Shown one piece after another: positions 40,093 to 53,115 of a DNA stretch of 64,000 nucleotides. Below the pieces are notes generated by a model that did not search any database, was not told where the DNA came from, and saw only the letters and a list, made by a program, of their open reading frames with translations. Made by a program: the position numbers and the translations under genes. Source of the DNA: Dimorphilus gyrociliatus (taxonomy: Eukaryota; Animalia; Annelida); assembly GCA_904063045.1 (NCBI GenBank), contig CAJFCJ010000044.1, positions 130,813 through 194,812 of the forward strand. The letters run 5' to 3'. The first letter of the stretch is position 1. Each line of letters begins with the position of its first letter.

Positions 40093-41469
40093 TTACCAGA
40101 AAAAGATATTTCCTCTCCTAAAAGAATGATTATACAAAATTTTATTCAACATTTCACTTTCATTTTTATTTAAAAGACAATAATTGAAATCAGCCATTTC
40201 TAAAGAGTTTAATGATTGTTGAAGTCCTATACAAATATCATGAAGCCCATCATCCATTGATATATTGAATCCAAAAGTAAATGTTTTTATTTGAAAGCAG
40301 TTCTTAAGCAATTTTGCCAAATATTTACATTGGTCAGTATTCAAAGAGAGCTGAGAAAAATTAAGATTCTTTAAAGTTTTGGATGATTGTTGAAGACCTT
40401 CACAAACATCAGAAAATCCACAGCCCATGTCTTGCAATCCACTTAAATCTATTTCTTCTAATTTAAAACAATTTGTAAGAAGGTCTCCCAATTTTTTACT
40501 GTGTTCTCCATTCAAACCACAGTTACCCAAATTAAGATTTCTTAAAACAAATGATGACTGATGAAGTCCTTTAAAGATATCAAAATATCCATCTGCCAAA
40601 TCAGAATTGCCTCCTATTGATAATTCTTCTATTTTAAAACAAATTGAAAGCAAATTGCCCAGCTCTTTCCCATGTTCTGCATTTAAACCACACTCATACA
40701 AATCAAGACTCTTTAAAGTGTTGCATGAGTGTTTTAGACCTTCAAAGATCTTAAAAAAATGAAATGGCATATTAGGATTTCCACATAAATCTATTCTTTC
40801 AACTTTCTCACAAATTAAAAGCAAGATACCTAATTTTTTACCTTGCTGTTCATTTAAATCACAAAACAGCAAACTAAGTTTCTTTAAAGTCTTTGCAGAG
40901 TTTTGAAGTCCTTCACATATATCAAAAAATCCATTTCCCATCTCAGTATTAAATGCAAAATCTAATGTTTCTATATTAGAACAATTTTTTAGCAAATACC
41001 CCAACTTTTTACATTGATCTTCATTCAAATCACATTTATATAAATCAAGACACTTGAGAGTGTTTGCTGATTGTTGAAGTCCTTCACAAATATCAAAAAA
41101 TCCATTTTCCATCTCATTACTATATGCTAGATCAATTTCTTCCATTTTAAAACACTTTGAGAGCAAATTTCCCAAATTTTTACAATGTTTGTCATTCAAA
41201 TTGCACCTAAAAAAACCAAAACACTTTAAAGTAGTTGATGATTGTTGAAGTCCTTTGCATATATCAAAAAATTCATTGGACATAAGGTAATTATTTCCTA
41301 AATCAATTTTTTCTATTTTGAAACACTCTGAAAGCAAATTCCCTATCTTTTTACATTGCTCTTCATTCAACTTACAATTTGAGAAACAAACATTTTTTAA
41401 TGTGTTTGATGATTTTTCAAGTCCTTTGCAAATATTCAAGAATCTATTTTCCATTTGTTTTTTTAACAA
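40093..41469 (-). CDS. Cys-rich RI-like LRR ORF (about 8 units of 57 aa); 5' end probably truncated
   Basis: Uninterrupted 458 codons, 171-bp DNA period, alternating 28- and 29-residue LRRs; first ATG (41454) lies mid-repeat. Confidence 0.85.
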   Translation of the reverse strand: MLKKQMENRFLNICKGLEKSSNTLKNVCFSNCKLNEEQCKKIGNLLSECFKIEKIDLGNNYLMSNEFFDICKGLQQSSTTLKCFGFFRCNLNDKHCKNLGNLLSKCFKMEEIDLAYSNEMENGFFDICEGLQQSANTLKCLDLYKCDLNEDQCKKLGYLLKNCSNIETLDFAFNTEMGNGFFDICEGLQNSAKTLKKLSLLFCDLNEQQGKKLGILLLICEKVERIDLCGNPNMPFHFFKIFEGLKHSCNTLKSLDLYECGLNAEHGKELGNLLSICFKIEELSIGGNSDLADGYFDIFKGLHQSSFVLRNLNLGNCGLNGEHSKKLGDLLTNCFKLEEIDLSGLQDMGCGFSDVCEGLQQSSKTLKNLNFSQLSLNTDQCKYLAKLLKNCFQIKTFTFGFNISMDDGLHDICIGLQQSLNSLEMADFNYCLLNKNESEMLNKILYNHSFRRGNIFFW

Positions 41470-42554
41470 TCACTATAATTTAATATTTATGGTTATGATT
41501 GTGGTTAAAAGTATGGGTTTATGGTTCTAACAATAGTTTTAATGGTGGTTTTAAGATTAGTCTTTGATAGGCATATAAAACAATTGTTAAGCAAAAGGTA
41601 GTGAGTGAAAAACTTGACTGTAAGAATCTGTTATTTACATATTATATTAAAATATCAGTATGCAAATTAATAATAATTCAATTATCTTGAATCAAGAAAA
41701 TGTGAACAACCTATATCTAGAATTTGAAAATGATTGATCCAATTAGCTTCATTTTTTGATAACCTCTAATGGTGTATTTAAAGTTTGAAGAAAAGGGTAA
41801 GATTTGTATTTACCCAATCTGTGCTTACCAAACCCTGTTTCTAAGTACATAGTCCAAGTTTTGAGAAGTCTAACTGGTAGTATCTACCGGATACTATTCA
41901 AAACACTTGCCCATTATCCAAAGCAGGAGTAAATTATCTTCAGTATTGTGTGAGTGTGTAATTTTTTGTCTTATTTCTAAGCTAACCATAAAAGTATTTA
42001 AACTCTACAAATTTCACACTTCCTGGCTTTGTTTTTATAATTACTTGCATACAATTAAAAGGTCATATAATTGTATATTAATTGTTGAACAATTGTACTG
42101 CTCTAGGCCTTTATTCAAAATGTGAAAATAATTCAATATTGGAGAATATTGGAGACTTGAATCAGAGCCAAAAGTATTAACTGCAGAAAAAGCAGGTCAT
42201 AGGAAATCATTTTTCAGATGTTCACTTGTGTTCAATGACCTTAAGATTATTGGTGCTAAGATTTTCAATGAATGTGTTAATATAGGAATTTGTTGTTAAA
42301 TGTGACTAGTCAAAAATTGAGTGTTTAGTCAAAAACATATTTATTAAGTAAAACGCAAAGAGTCAGGTTAATCATAAAGAAAACTTGTAATTAAAGTATC
42401 TTTTATATCAGTGAAAAAAGGGAGAGAACAATACCAATTGAGTACTATCTATCTATAGTGAAATGGAGTAGAGAAATGCACATAGACATTGTATAAGACA
42501 ATGTGCTGCAGTAGGAAAAGAGAAACCCGTGTTTTCTTGTTTTGAAAATCAAGT

Positions 42555-42665
42555 CTGTACACTTATGAACTATAGTTAATAGATATGACATGAATGATAC
42601 TTACCATATTATAGAAGTATTAGAGTAGATGTTGCCTCTAGGTTAGATGGTACTCAACTTGGTAC
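42555..42665 (+). repeat. Fourth, inverted partial copy of the LTR-like repeat
   Basis: TGTACACTTATGAAC...GTAGATGTTGCCTCTAGG is the reverse complement of the 6760-6838 end. Confidence 0.8.
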
Positions 42666-42699
42666 AACTACAGCATATCCTACTATAAAATCAATAGAT

Positions 42700-42980
42700 A
42701 TTCCTGCAAATGCTTTTGGAGATACTCACTTTTCACAGGTAATATCTGATTTTACAACAAAAACATCCAAGACTGTTTGTTATGGTGTCACTGGGAAAAC
42801 CTGGGCAGACTATTTATATATTTTCTACTGACAATGGGAAAATCAAAGTTTTTGGCAAATTACTTGATGACTATTACATGCATCTCATTGAGATAGATAC
42901 TCCAAATGGCACTATTCAAAATGGCTGAAAATTTCTTCCCAAATTAATCAGACATTTTCACAAATGGAGATAACATGTAT
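42700..42980 (+). pseudogene. Second GDPH-like domain fragment (GDTHF)
   Basis: FGDTHFSQVISDFTTKTSKTVCYGVTG aligns with DGDPHFQQYIFDKSSLMSRSICYDVTG at 14070. Confidence 0.6.
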
Positions 42981-44546
42981 AATCAAAGTATTAATACAAC
43001 ATTAAACTAGATTAAGTTAAATATGAATTTACCTACATTGAATGACTGCCATTTTAATATTTAATAATTTTTTATTTAAGTAGGTTGCATTATTAAATTG
43101 CAGTGATATAAAAAAGTATCATATTTAATATTAATTAACTATGTTTTACTGGGTTTGGTTTCATCCAAAATGGGTACAATTTCACAGGACCAGTGGAAAA
43201 CAGCTATAAATGATATATTTGAAGGTTCAATTTCAGGCTGGAAAATGGTTAGGATGAATAAGAAGACCGTTGATATGTTCTTTAAATTTATTCATTAACA
43301 TTACACAATGAATATTAAAAAAAATAATTGCTGGAACATATTAAAAGATATTACAACATTTTTGGTCTATTTTTAAATGAATAACAACAAAACTAGAGAG
43401 CCAAAGCTTAAATGGTACTTAAGGATGAACCTTAAGTATGACAAACCAATGTCTGTGTTAGGCCACATGTTATTGTATTCCCTCAAGTAGGTTTTAAGTA
43501 AGTTATAGATTATACTATAACAATAAAATAGAACAAAAGTTGTACAACAATAAATCCTGATTATGCTCCTGTTGGAACAAATCCAATATCATTGTCTAGT
43601 AATGAAGCAAAAACAGCAACTGTATCTTTAATATCTGGTGATCAAACAGAAGGCTCAGAAAATGTGGATATTACAATAATTTGTACTTCAGGTGGTGAAA
43701 AAGTTTTTAATATAAAAGTGACTGAACCCTCTAATGGAAATGGCCATCCTCACTTTATGCTACTTGTTCAAGATGAAAATAATAAAAAAGGTCTAAAGAA
43801 ACACATATGTTTTGATGTTATTTCTACAAAAGGTAACAGAATTCAGATTTTTTACAATAAGTGTACTTTGTTGTATTGTAATTGTAGGAATTTCTGCTTC
43901 TCCAGAACAGTATTTGTCTTCTTCAATCATTGATCAACTCACCAAAGTACTCAAAGAAATAGAACCTTTTAAGTTTGTCCTCAAATAGTCTCAATAAATG
44001 TAATTTAGGTGGAAATTAATCAACAAATTGCCAGTTTATCATCCAAAGAATATGTATTGAGTAAATGAGTTTCTAGTTCTAAACAAGTAAGCTTAAACAA
44101 CCAGCTAACGATTAAAGAACTGAACTGCCAAGCTGGGGAAATGTATTTCCTTTTATACATTTAGCAAAGCTTGGGTTCAATTGGTCAAACGATTAAAAAA
44201 GGTGAGACACAACAGTCTCATAATCCACAAGAAACAAAGAGAACAAAGACTATTACACCTAGATCATAATGATAAGGCAAACATGACATGGCCAACATTT
44301 GCCACTGCAGATTAAGTCTGCCTCATCAACATCTGGCATTGCCAAAATTATTGTTGGTTGAGTTAAAAACAATTAAGAAGATATGCTTAATTTGTATAAG
44401 CAGGTTGGTATAGGTGTAATTAATAAAAATAACACAAGTTATGTCAAATAGACATATTTCTTCCACAAATTATAAAAAAGTTGCAGATAATGAAATTTTG
44501 TAAATAGATTTCTTATAGGCATATGGAAAATAATCTATGTATAAAT

Positions 44547-45462
44547 GGGGTTGACAGAAAATGTCCACAAAAGACAGAAAATGTCCACAAAGGCAAAGAA
44601 AACATCCTGAATAGGTAAAAGAAATGGGGTTGACAATTCAGGTTAGGGAAAGTATTAAATAACAGAAATGTAATTTAACTTTGTTGTTGTATTCTTAGGA
44701 TTTGGGTTACAGTTCTGAATTTAAAAAGAAAGAAGGAGAATGGAAATCAATGAAACTGATTTTGGCTTTACCATACCTCCCTCATACTTTGATTCCAAAT
44801 CAATTCAACAAAATAAAAAATGACTTAGCTGAAAGAAATAAACTTGGAGATTTTATGGAATATGTTGAAGACAATTGGATTAAGAGTCGCTTTTGGCCTC
44901 CAGCGACTTGGTCTGTTTTCAACCAAACAATCAGGACTAACAATGATTTGGAAGGATTCCATCACAGATTAAATAAAAACATAGGAGCAAACTTATCATT
45001 TTATATGACTATTGATGAGCTTAAGAGGGAAGCTGACTTAATTGCTGTATATGAAAAATTATTGAGTGAGAGGAAGATGTTGAGATTGCAAACAAAAGTT
45101 TACACAAAAATTCAAAAAAATCTTTTTTCCATTTGGGAAAACTTTAAAGTTGGTGACATTACAGCAAGTCAACTTGTTGAGATGTGTTCTACATTATACT
45201 ATTAAATATTTGCAGTGTTAATTCAATATTAATTAATAATCAAAAATGTTCAAACAATTTGGAAAATATATCTCTATTGCTTGCAATTACATAGTCTTTG
45301 TTTTTCTAGATATTTATTATCTTATTAATCAAGCCAATTCTTTCCTAACCCTAACCCTACTTTTCCTAAAAACATCACAACCTTCTATATATTATATAAA
45401 GTGCTTTTTTCTACTTATTCAAAATGTTTTCTATGTCTTTGTGGACGTTTTCTGTCTAAACC
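44547..45462 (+). mobile_element. Non-autonomous MULE, family E (GACAGAAAA(T/C)GTCCACAAA units), with intact last transposase exon
   Basis: Inverted units at 44552-44590 and 45438-45457; 167-codon ORF with RTNNDLEGFH; no clear TSD. Confidence 0.8.
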
Positions 45463-45479
45463 TGTTATAAGACTTATAT

Positions 45480-46220
45480 ATTAAGATGCAGATTATTGTT
45501 TTGATTGTCATGATGTCAGGAAAGGAAAATTATTTATTAAACTAAAGAAAATAGATAATTATCACCAAACAAAATTTTCTCAAGAATGTGATGAAAGTAT
45601 TATTAATAAGGAATCATTAATGGATAATTCAGGTGAAAGCAACACAAATCAGGTCATTTCAATTGTTACAAAATATTATTATCTCATCCTAAATCATTTT
45701 TAACAGTTGAGACTTTCTTTTCACTTTAATTCATCTGAATGACCAACCTATGAAAAAGAGTTGATTTTCCCTAAAGATAGGCACGACATGGCAAAGAGAG
45801 TTGACATAAGTCATGAGACTTCATTTGAGATGGAGAAGCAATGTGATATTATGGAAACTGAAAGAGATGATTTCAAAATTGTTGTTGGTGGCAGCACAAA
45901 GGGTAAAGACTTACTCCTACACAAAAATTGTTCATATTCTGTGAAAAGAAAAACTGAATATTCTATCACTTGGGGATGTACTCAAAGATGTGCTAAAGCT
46001 CCTTGTCCTTCATACATATTACAAAAGGGATCAAAGTTTATTGTTAAAAATGGAAATCATCTTCATAAGTTGCATAAAAATTTGGAAACTGTTCTTCAAG
46101 GAAGAATGGATTTATAGGAAATGGCGAATGGTGATAATGAAAAATCTGGTAAAAGGATAGCAGAAGACATCCTAAAATTTAAAGATAATATTGAAGACTT
46201 GCCAGAATTAGAAGTACAAG
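45480..46220 (+). mobile_element. MULE 5' fragment (zinc-finger remnant and FLYWCH)
   Basis: VVGGSTKGKDLL...WGCTQR...C...NHLH. Confidence 0.75.
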
Positions 46221-46239
46221 TTATTGTAATATCCACAAT

Positions 46240-47080
46240 ATTCATAGATACAAACCAAATCAGCCTCTCTTTTCAATGCAATCAATCAGCAAATAAAATC
46301 ATTCTGTTGATTATACTTTATTATTCATTCTATTGTGCCATCCTTCCACACTATTATTAGTCCTTATTGATAATCTAAATATTGACCAATTCAATGGTTT
46401 CTAAGTACCATTAAAAATCCAAGTACTTTCAAAATATTCCAGCAAATCTGAAAATTTTCACTTTTCTTGCAGTTGACTCTTCAAGCTAAAAAATGTTGGA
46501 GTGATAATATCTGAAGATAAAAATACATCTTCCAGGGTAGCCAAGAGACTAAAAAGAGAATTTATTGAGAGAAAATTATAACAGTATCATATATTTAATA
46601 ATGTCTTGTACCTGAGGCTTTCTATAGATTGCTTGAGTGAAGTGGAAGACAGCCATGAATTTTTGCTTCTGCATAAATCTTTGAGACAGCTTTCCACAGA
46701 CTCATCTCAAAATCCATTGTTGTTTTCTCAGGCTGTGACATGAAAGTCAAGTTTCTGATGCTCTGAAAGGTGAGTTGAATAGAAGAAAAATTCTGAATGA
46801 ACTATTTGAATTCATACCTTGAATGCCTTTTTATAATATTTTTTTTGTTTTAATGTTATGAAAATGAATGTCAAGGGAACATGTTTCATTGCACCATTCT
46901 TTTTCACATGACTATGAATAGACACTAGCTGGTAGAATGGATCTTTCACAATCTTAAATGTTCCATCTATAAACCAATGATTTGATTTACCAAATAAATC
47001 AAACTGATGATTTGTGACAAAAATAAGGATTCTGATGGGTGTTTTCATAAATGTCATCAATACCATAGATGCTGGCGAAT
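46240..47080 (-). mobile_element. Decayed MULE fragments (family B-like; DDE core and last exon)
   Basis: HWFIDGTFKIVKDPFYQL...VPLTF; 46250-46450 resembles 21340-21540. Confidence 0.8.
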
Positions 47081-47474
47081 TTGAACAGTTGTACAGTTTT
47101 AGAATTTGATATGTTAAATACTGATGCAGTCGTTTGGATTTCAGCCAAAAAGAAATTAGTAGTTGATTGATGAAAAGAACACGTCATGTTTGCAATATAA
47201 TCAGAGAATATATTGGAAACTTGAGAATTGATGGTTTTAGCGAAAAAATTGAGTACAACAGCCTTAGCACCAAATGAAACAACAGAATTAGTCCACAAAT
47301 GCTTGCCTTTACCCTCATCCTATCTGTAAGAAAAGACCCTCCTAAGTACAAAACAGCTGCTGTCTTCTTCTTCCTAATTTCAAAAGAGTTTAACAAAATA
47401 TAAAATTTATTAAAAAACATGAATTGACGGATGAGCAAAATGACCTTGAACTTGTGCTAAATAAAACTTTAAAC

Positions 47475-50300
47475 CTAACAATATTGTAAAAGTTGATAGT
47501 TTTTAATCAATACATGAGTTTTAACACTTTCTATAATTGGAAAACTACAAAGTTCACATTTATTCAAATTTTTTGAATAGGATAAACTTTTACAAGCGTC
47601 GTCTGCTAAACAAAATCTACAACATTCTATAATGTTTAGATAGAATTTTACTGAGTAAATATAATCTGATTTAATTGTTTTTCTCCCATAATTCAATTGG
47701 TATTTTTCTATGCAATAAAGCAAAAGTTTAAATTTAAAAACAATAACAACAATACAAGATAAATAGTAAATATCTTACCATCAGTATCCTCCATTATAAG
47801 TTTGCTGATGACGTAATAATTGCAAGTTGAGTACCATTGATTAGGCGATGAAATTTTCAAATATTTCGCAATTATTTTCCTTTCACAAGAGAATGTAAAA
47901 AATGTTGAATCAACGACGTATAGAATATGTCTGAAACTTGTACAAAGTACTTCCGTTTTGTAATCAACACCAAAAATCTGTAATCCAGATGAAAAATTTG
48001 CAGTTCTAACTAATGAAAATCCAACAGCAATAATTTTATGGTAATTAGTTAATTGTATAAAAATTTCGCGATTAATCGAATAACTGCAAATTGAATTCAA
48101 TTGTATAGTAAAATTATTGGAAAGTGGAGAAAATTCATTTAATGCTTTAGAGAATAGGCCTAAACCTAAAGGAGATTTCAATATACAAACTACTAATGTT
48201 GTATGGTTGTTTTCTACCAAAAATATATATTTCACAAAGTTCCATTCTATTATTACCATTAATTTTATTCAATGATATTCTATCACCAATAAAATGGCAG
48301 TTGTATAATAAATGCTCCTCAGTTATAGCATCATTCTTCAAACTACAAATTTGCCTTTGCAACTCAATATTGAAATTTTCAACAGCCACTTGAACATCTT
48401 CAAATGTTTCTGATAAGAGAGAGAGAGAGAGGAATTGATATTGAAATTCAATAATATAACAATCTGTTTACCTTGAACCAATATGGATGGGAGTAAGACA
48501 ACAATCTCTACAACCATATAATAATTATCCATAGAGAATATAATCCTTCCTTCCTGATTGGCATTTGTCAATGTTCCACTACAAGAAAGATAATGATCCT
48601 GATGTCTGGAATTTATTGATGATCCATCAATAATCTTTATTGGAAATTGATCGGCTACTATTTGATCATAGATTTTTAAACTACTACTCTCAGTCCTATG
48701 GACATTGATCAATGGTAGAAGTGTGAAATTGGCATTAATTATCTCTTCCCCATAAGCTTCAACAAATTCAAAGTGCAAATATTGCGTAATACTTAAGTAA
48801 AATATTACGTAACGACAAATGGGTAATGGCTGTTGACAATCCCAAATAGCGTATTCTCCTCTCAAGAACTGTTTATCATTGATAAAACAGATTTTAGAAT
48901 GTAAATGCGCTTGTTCAACATTAAAACTTTGATATTCTGACACTACTCCACGTATTGTATTTATTCTTAAAACATCTAGAAAGAGGGTTAATGGATGAAT
49001 TAATGGGTTAAGAGGATATTTTAAACCTACATTGATCTTCTCTATTTAGAATGGCCATTGGAAATAGTTTATACATTCCAAGCATATCTATCCAAATCCA
49101 AGGATGATCTTCCTTCTTTGTATGAAATATTCCGTTACGATCTCCAGTAGTTGCTAGATGGGCAAGTGTAAATTGCCGGTAATAGCTTGATGTCCAACTC
49201 GGTTTATTTGATAGAATGTTTTTGGATCTTTTCTCTAAATCTTTCAAATAGTTTCCAAATATTTCAATTTCACTTACAACTACATTCATATTTGAAGAAT
49301 TTGAACGTAAGACAACAAATTGACCTTTGACTCCGCCTCTTTTGCATAAAATTGTATCAAACATATCACTCCCATTCGGATTATTGCCATCTTTTTCGCC
49401 GCAGTATGAATATTTTGTTGGGTTGTATTGAACAGCTGGATTTTCGTTTGTCAATTCAACATAGAATGATTTGAATTGGTGGAGATAAGTTGGCATTAGT
49501 CTGAAATCTAGGCCAAAAACATTGTAATACGCTAAAAGATTAATTGCAACCCAATAATCTTGGCCCAAACGTAACGTTACACGATTAATCTCATTTCCAT
49601 CAGTTAATCTATCTAGTTCACCATTTGAAGAATATTTTGAAATGGTTAATTTCGAATGAGCGATATTACCTATAGAAAGAAGAAATAGAAGATTTTTGAA
49701 AAAATTTATTAAACGGTTAAATAATATCCTTACTGGAAAATATTTCAATTTCGCATAAATCAATATAATTTCCATATTTTGCTTCAATTATTAATTTTGA
49801 ATATCTCTCCATTTTCAAATTTGTACAATGGACATTTGTGAATGAATGATTGTTCAAGAGAATGTTGTCGGAGCATATATTATCAGGAATTTGTAAATAG
49901 ATCTTCAGTAATTGATAAACTGAAAGAGAGAGAGAGAGAGAGAATATTTAAAAAATAAGAGACAAATTTTAATGTTTGTACTCTGTTCATCCGTTGGCCA
50001 TAAAATCACTTTATTAACAATATGAAATCCTTTCAGATTAACACCAATCTGTGTTTGTAAATCATTCAATTGCGTCAGTATTGCGCAAGAGCCGAAAGAA
50101 GCATTTCTTTGAAAGGCTATACCATCGACAATATGTTTTGGATGNGCTTCTTATCCAATGGCGGTCCAATAGTTGTATGATTTGGGCATTTTTCTTGTTG
50201 TCCATAATCTATTTATAAATAGGTCAAGAACAACAATAACAACCTAAAAAGAATACACTTACCAATAAATATTGAAAGTGTAAAAACAGTATATAATTTC
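47475..50300 (-). CDS. Multi-exon protein with several fucolectin/discoidin-like (F5/8C) domains and a C-terminal PAN/apple domain; 5' exons look damaged
   Basis: LTDGN, YWVAINL, VSEIEIFG, ATTGDRNGIFHT...PWIWIDM, LCEIYIFG, final ECCRFCLADDACKSLSY...CEL; spliceable in frame from about 49790 to 47475. Confidence 0.7.
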
Positions 50301-50634
50301 CATATGGGCTGTTTCAAGTTTAGAAACACCATTTGTGTCTACAATTCAGCAGCAAATAAAAAAACTTATAATATGTTTAAAAAGTGGTCAATGAAATATG
50401 AATTAATAATGGCATAGAAAAATTTTCAAATTATTCTTTTCAATAAATGAATATAAACATTGCAGAAAGAGAGAAGAATCTTTAGTTTTAGTGATCAATA
50501 TTATCATTTTGTCTTCAATAGCTCATATTCATAGAATTGTTCTCAGCAATTCAGGTCAGTTTTTAAATCAAGAGAATAGAGAGTAAATGATATTTTTACT
50601 CCAATTTGGCCATTTAAGTCTTCTTTCTAAGAAA

Positions 50635-50800
50635 TGGGTTAGGGAAAATATGAAAGAAATTGATTTGTAATTAGGTGAGTCCAAACTTTGGGTTACGAAC
50701 AATGAAACCCTTAGAAGTGGGTCCAGGGCTGGGTTAGGGTTAGGGTAAAACCACAGAACTGTGGCCGTTTTCAACAACATCCCAATTAGAGATGCTTTTA
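50635..50800. repeat. TTAGGG-bearing dispersed repeat (inverse of 6850; related piece at 38455-38560)
   Basis: GGGTTAGGGTTAGGGTAAAACC and flanking identity to the other copies. Confidence 0.7.
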
Positions 50801-50869
50801 AAAAATCAACTAATAAACAGAAACAAGTATTTGGCATAGCTTAATGTAACATTAAGTACATTCTATGCC

Positions 50870-51440
50870 ATCCCTCAACATCATTGTTAGTATGAATGCT
50901 CATTCCAAATCCAGACCAACTATCTGCAGTCCAAATTCAAGTTAAACACACAAATATTTAATAGTATAATGCAGAACACATCTCAACAAGTTGACTTGCT
51001 GTAATGTCACCAACTTTCAGTTTTTCCCAAATTTCCAAGATTTGTTTTTGAATTCTTAAATAGGTCTTTTTTTGAAATCTCACAATTTTTCTCTCATTTA
51101 ACAATTTTTCATAAATTGAAATTAAGTCAGCTTCTCTTTTTAATTCATCAACAACTAAATAAAACGATAGGTTTGAACCTATATTTTTTATTCAATCTAT
51201 GATGAAAACCCTCCAAATCATTGTTGGTTCTGATTGTTTGGTTGAAAACAGACCAAGTTTCTGGAGGCCAAAAGGTACCATTAATCCAGTTGTCTTCAAC
51301 ATACTCCATCAAATCTCCAAGTTTATTTCTTTCAGCTAAGTCATTTTTTATTTTGTTGAATTGATTTGGAATCAAAGTATAAGGGAGATATGGTAAAGCC
51401 AAAATCAGTTTCATTGATTTCCATTCTCCTTCTTTAATAA
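50870..51440 (-). mobile_element. MULE last-exon fragments (family E-like plus a second piece)
   Basis: 51148-51414 is highly similar to the 44702 ORF; HTNNDVEGWH near 50890. Confidence 0.8.
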
Positions 51441-52189
51441 TAGTTAAGAGGATTTGAGGGAAAATTTGGTCACAAGTTATTTATCTAGGTTTCAATAGTT
51501 TTTTTTGGCTGAGGACAGCAGATGATTGGAAAATTACTCATTTAAGAGTAATGTTTGCATAAGGGTTTAATATTGCACAAAACACTAAGTTTTTTGGATA
51601 AGCATGAATTCATGGATGGATAATTGTGGAAATGATCAGTCATGGGTTGGCCAGTGCATTGGGCTATATTATAAAGTGTTTTTTAAAATTTTTGGTATTC
51701 CTGTCATATATTGTTTTGCCAATAGGCAAAAGGCTAATAAATATATTACAGAATCGAAACAAATCTGGAGTTCTGGAACAGAGCAACTTGTTAGTTTAAA
51801 AACAAATCCACTTCAACAATGTTTCAAAAATTCAAATATGTTTATTGAAACTGCACTTCAATTCTATGTATATTTCACAAGATAAAGATTCTAACCCTGA
51901 TTAACTACATAATTTTCAAACAAAAATAAATATTTTAAGCAGTTTTTATCATAACTTATTTGTCAATTTCTCAAATAGTACTTGTTGGCCAGGCTATAAA
52001 AGGTGCATATCAAAAGCATACTACAAGAGGGCACTATGTGCATGATCTTGCCCTTGTTATCTAACTATGGTAGGGGTAAAAACTCTGTTTTCTAAGGAAG
52101 TTAGCATTGCTTTAAATTGGCAACTAAAGGCTATTTGATAAAACATGAGGATGTTGTTTGTGGTGTGTCTGTGTTTGGAATCTTGGATG

Positions 52190-53010
52190 GAAAATGAATC
52201 AAGAGTACTACCTAATTGATTTTAGCAATTGTAATATACACCCTGAACATTGTGTAGAAATGGAAAAGCTGTTAAAATGCTGTTCTAAATTGCAAAAACA
52301 TAAATTTGAACAAAAATAGAAATATTGGTTCTCGACTAAAAAATATTTGCTAAGGATTTTTTCAATCATCTAAAACAATCAACTTTTCTGAATGAAATAT
52401 AGATGAGGAAACAGGTGAAACATTTGGAAAACTATTGAAATATTGTTCCCAATTGGAAATAATTAGGTTCAAAGCAATTATGGGAAATCCAGTTTTATAA
52501 CTGCGATTTTAATGAAAAGGTTTGTTCAAAATTTTGAGATCTTTTGAAATGTTGTTCCCAAATTGATTTGTTATATATTCAATGGAATAGTAATATGGGA
52601 AGTGGATTATTCGATGTTTGTGAATGACTTCTTCATTCCTCAAATACTTAAAAAAAATTGAGCCTATTCAAATGTTATTTGACTCAAAATCAAAGCGAAT
52701 TTGTGGCTAACTTATTTAAAAATTGCTTTAAAATAGAATTGATCAATCTAGCAAACAATAAAACTATGGAAGGTGGATTAGTAGATATTTGCAAAGGACT
52801 TTTAAATGCATCAAATACTCTTAACACAATGCTAGAATCATGAAAAGAATCTAATTGCAATAAAGCAGTTTGTAGGAAAATGTTCTTCATTGAAAACAGT
52901 CATTCCAGAGCATTTAGGAAAAATTCAGGTCAAATCAAGTTTTTGTGCCATGGGTTTGAAAAAATGTAGAATTGGAGAAAACTATATTTTTTTTTGATAT
53001 TTTAGCCTAA
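52190..53010 (+). pseudogene. Decayed RI-like LRR gene
   Basis: LIDFSNCNI, INLANNKTMEGGLVDICKGLLNASNTL; many stops. Confidence 0.75.
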
Positions 53011-53115
53011 CTCCAACTAACCAGGACACTAGATGTTAACCAATTTATGCTTCCTAACCTTCAGTTCAGTTGTACATTAAAGTAGTCAACAGTAAAATAT
53101 GGACACTGTAAATTT

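Noticed and set aside
43416-43438. TACTTAAGG/CCTTAAGTA hairpin as a Helitron end or terminator
   Set aside because: No CTAG terminus at suitable distance and no second copy seen.
43540-43933. 113-aa ORF with beta-rich composition
   Set aside because: No start context or recognisable motif; left unassigned.
51604-51885. 93-aa ORF
   Set aside because: No recognisable family or splice support.
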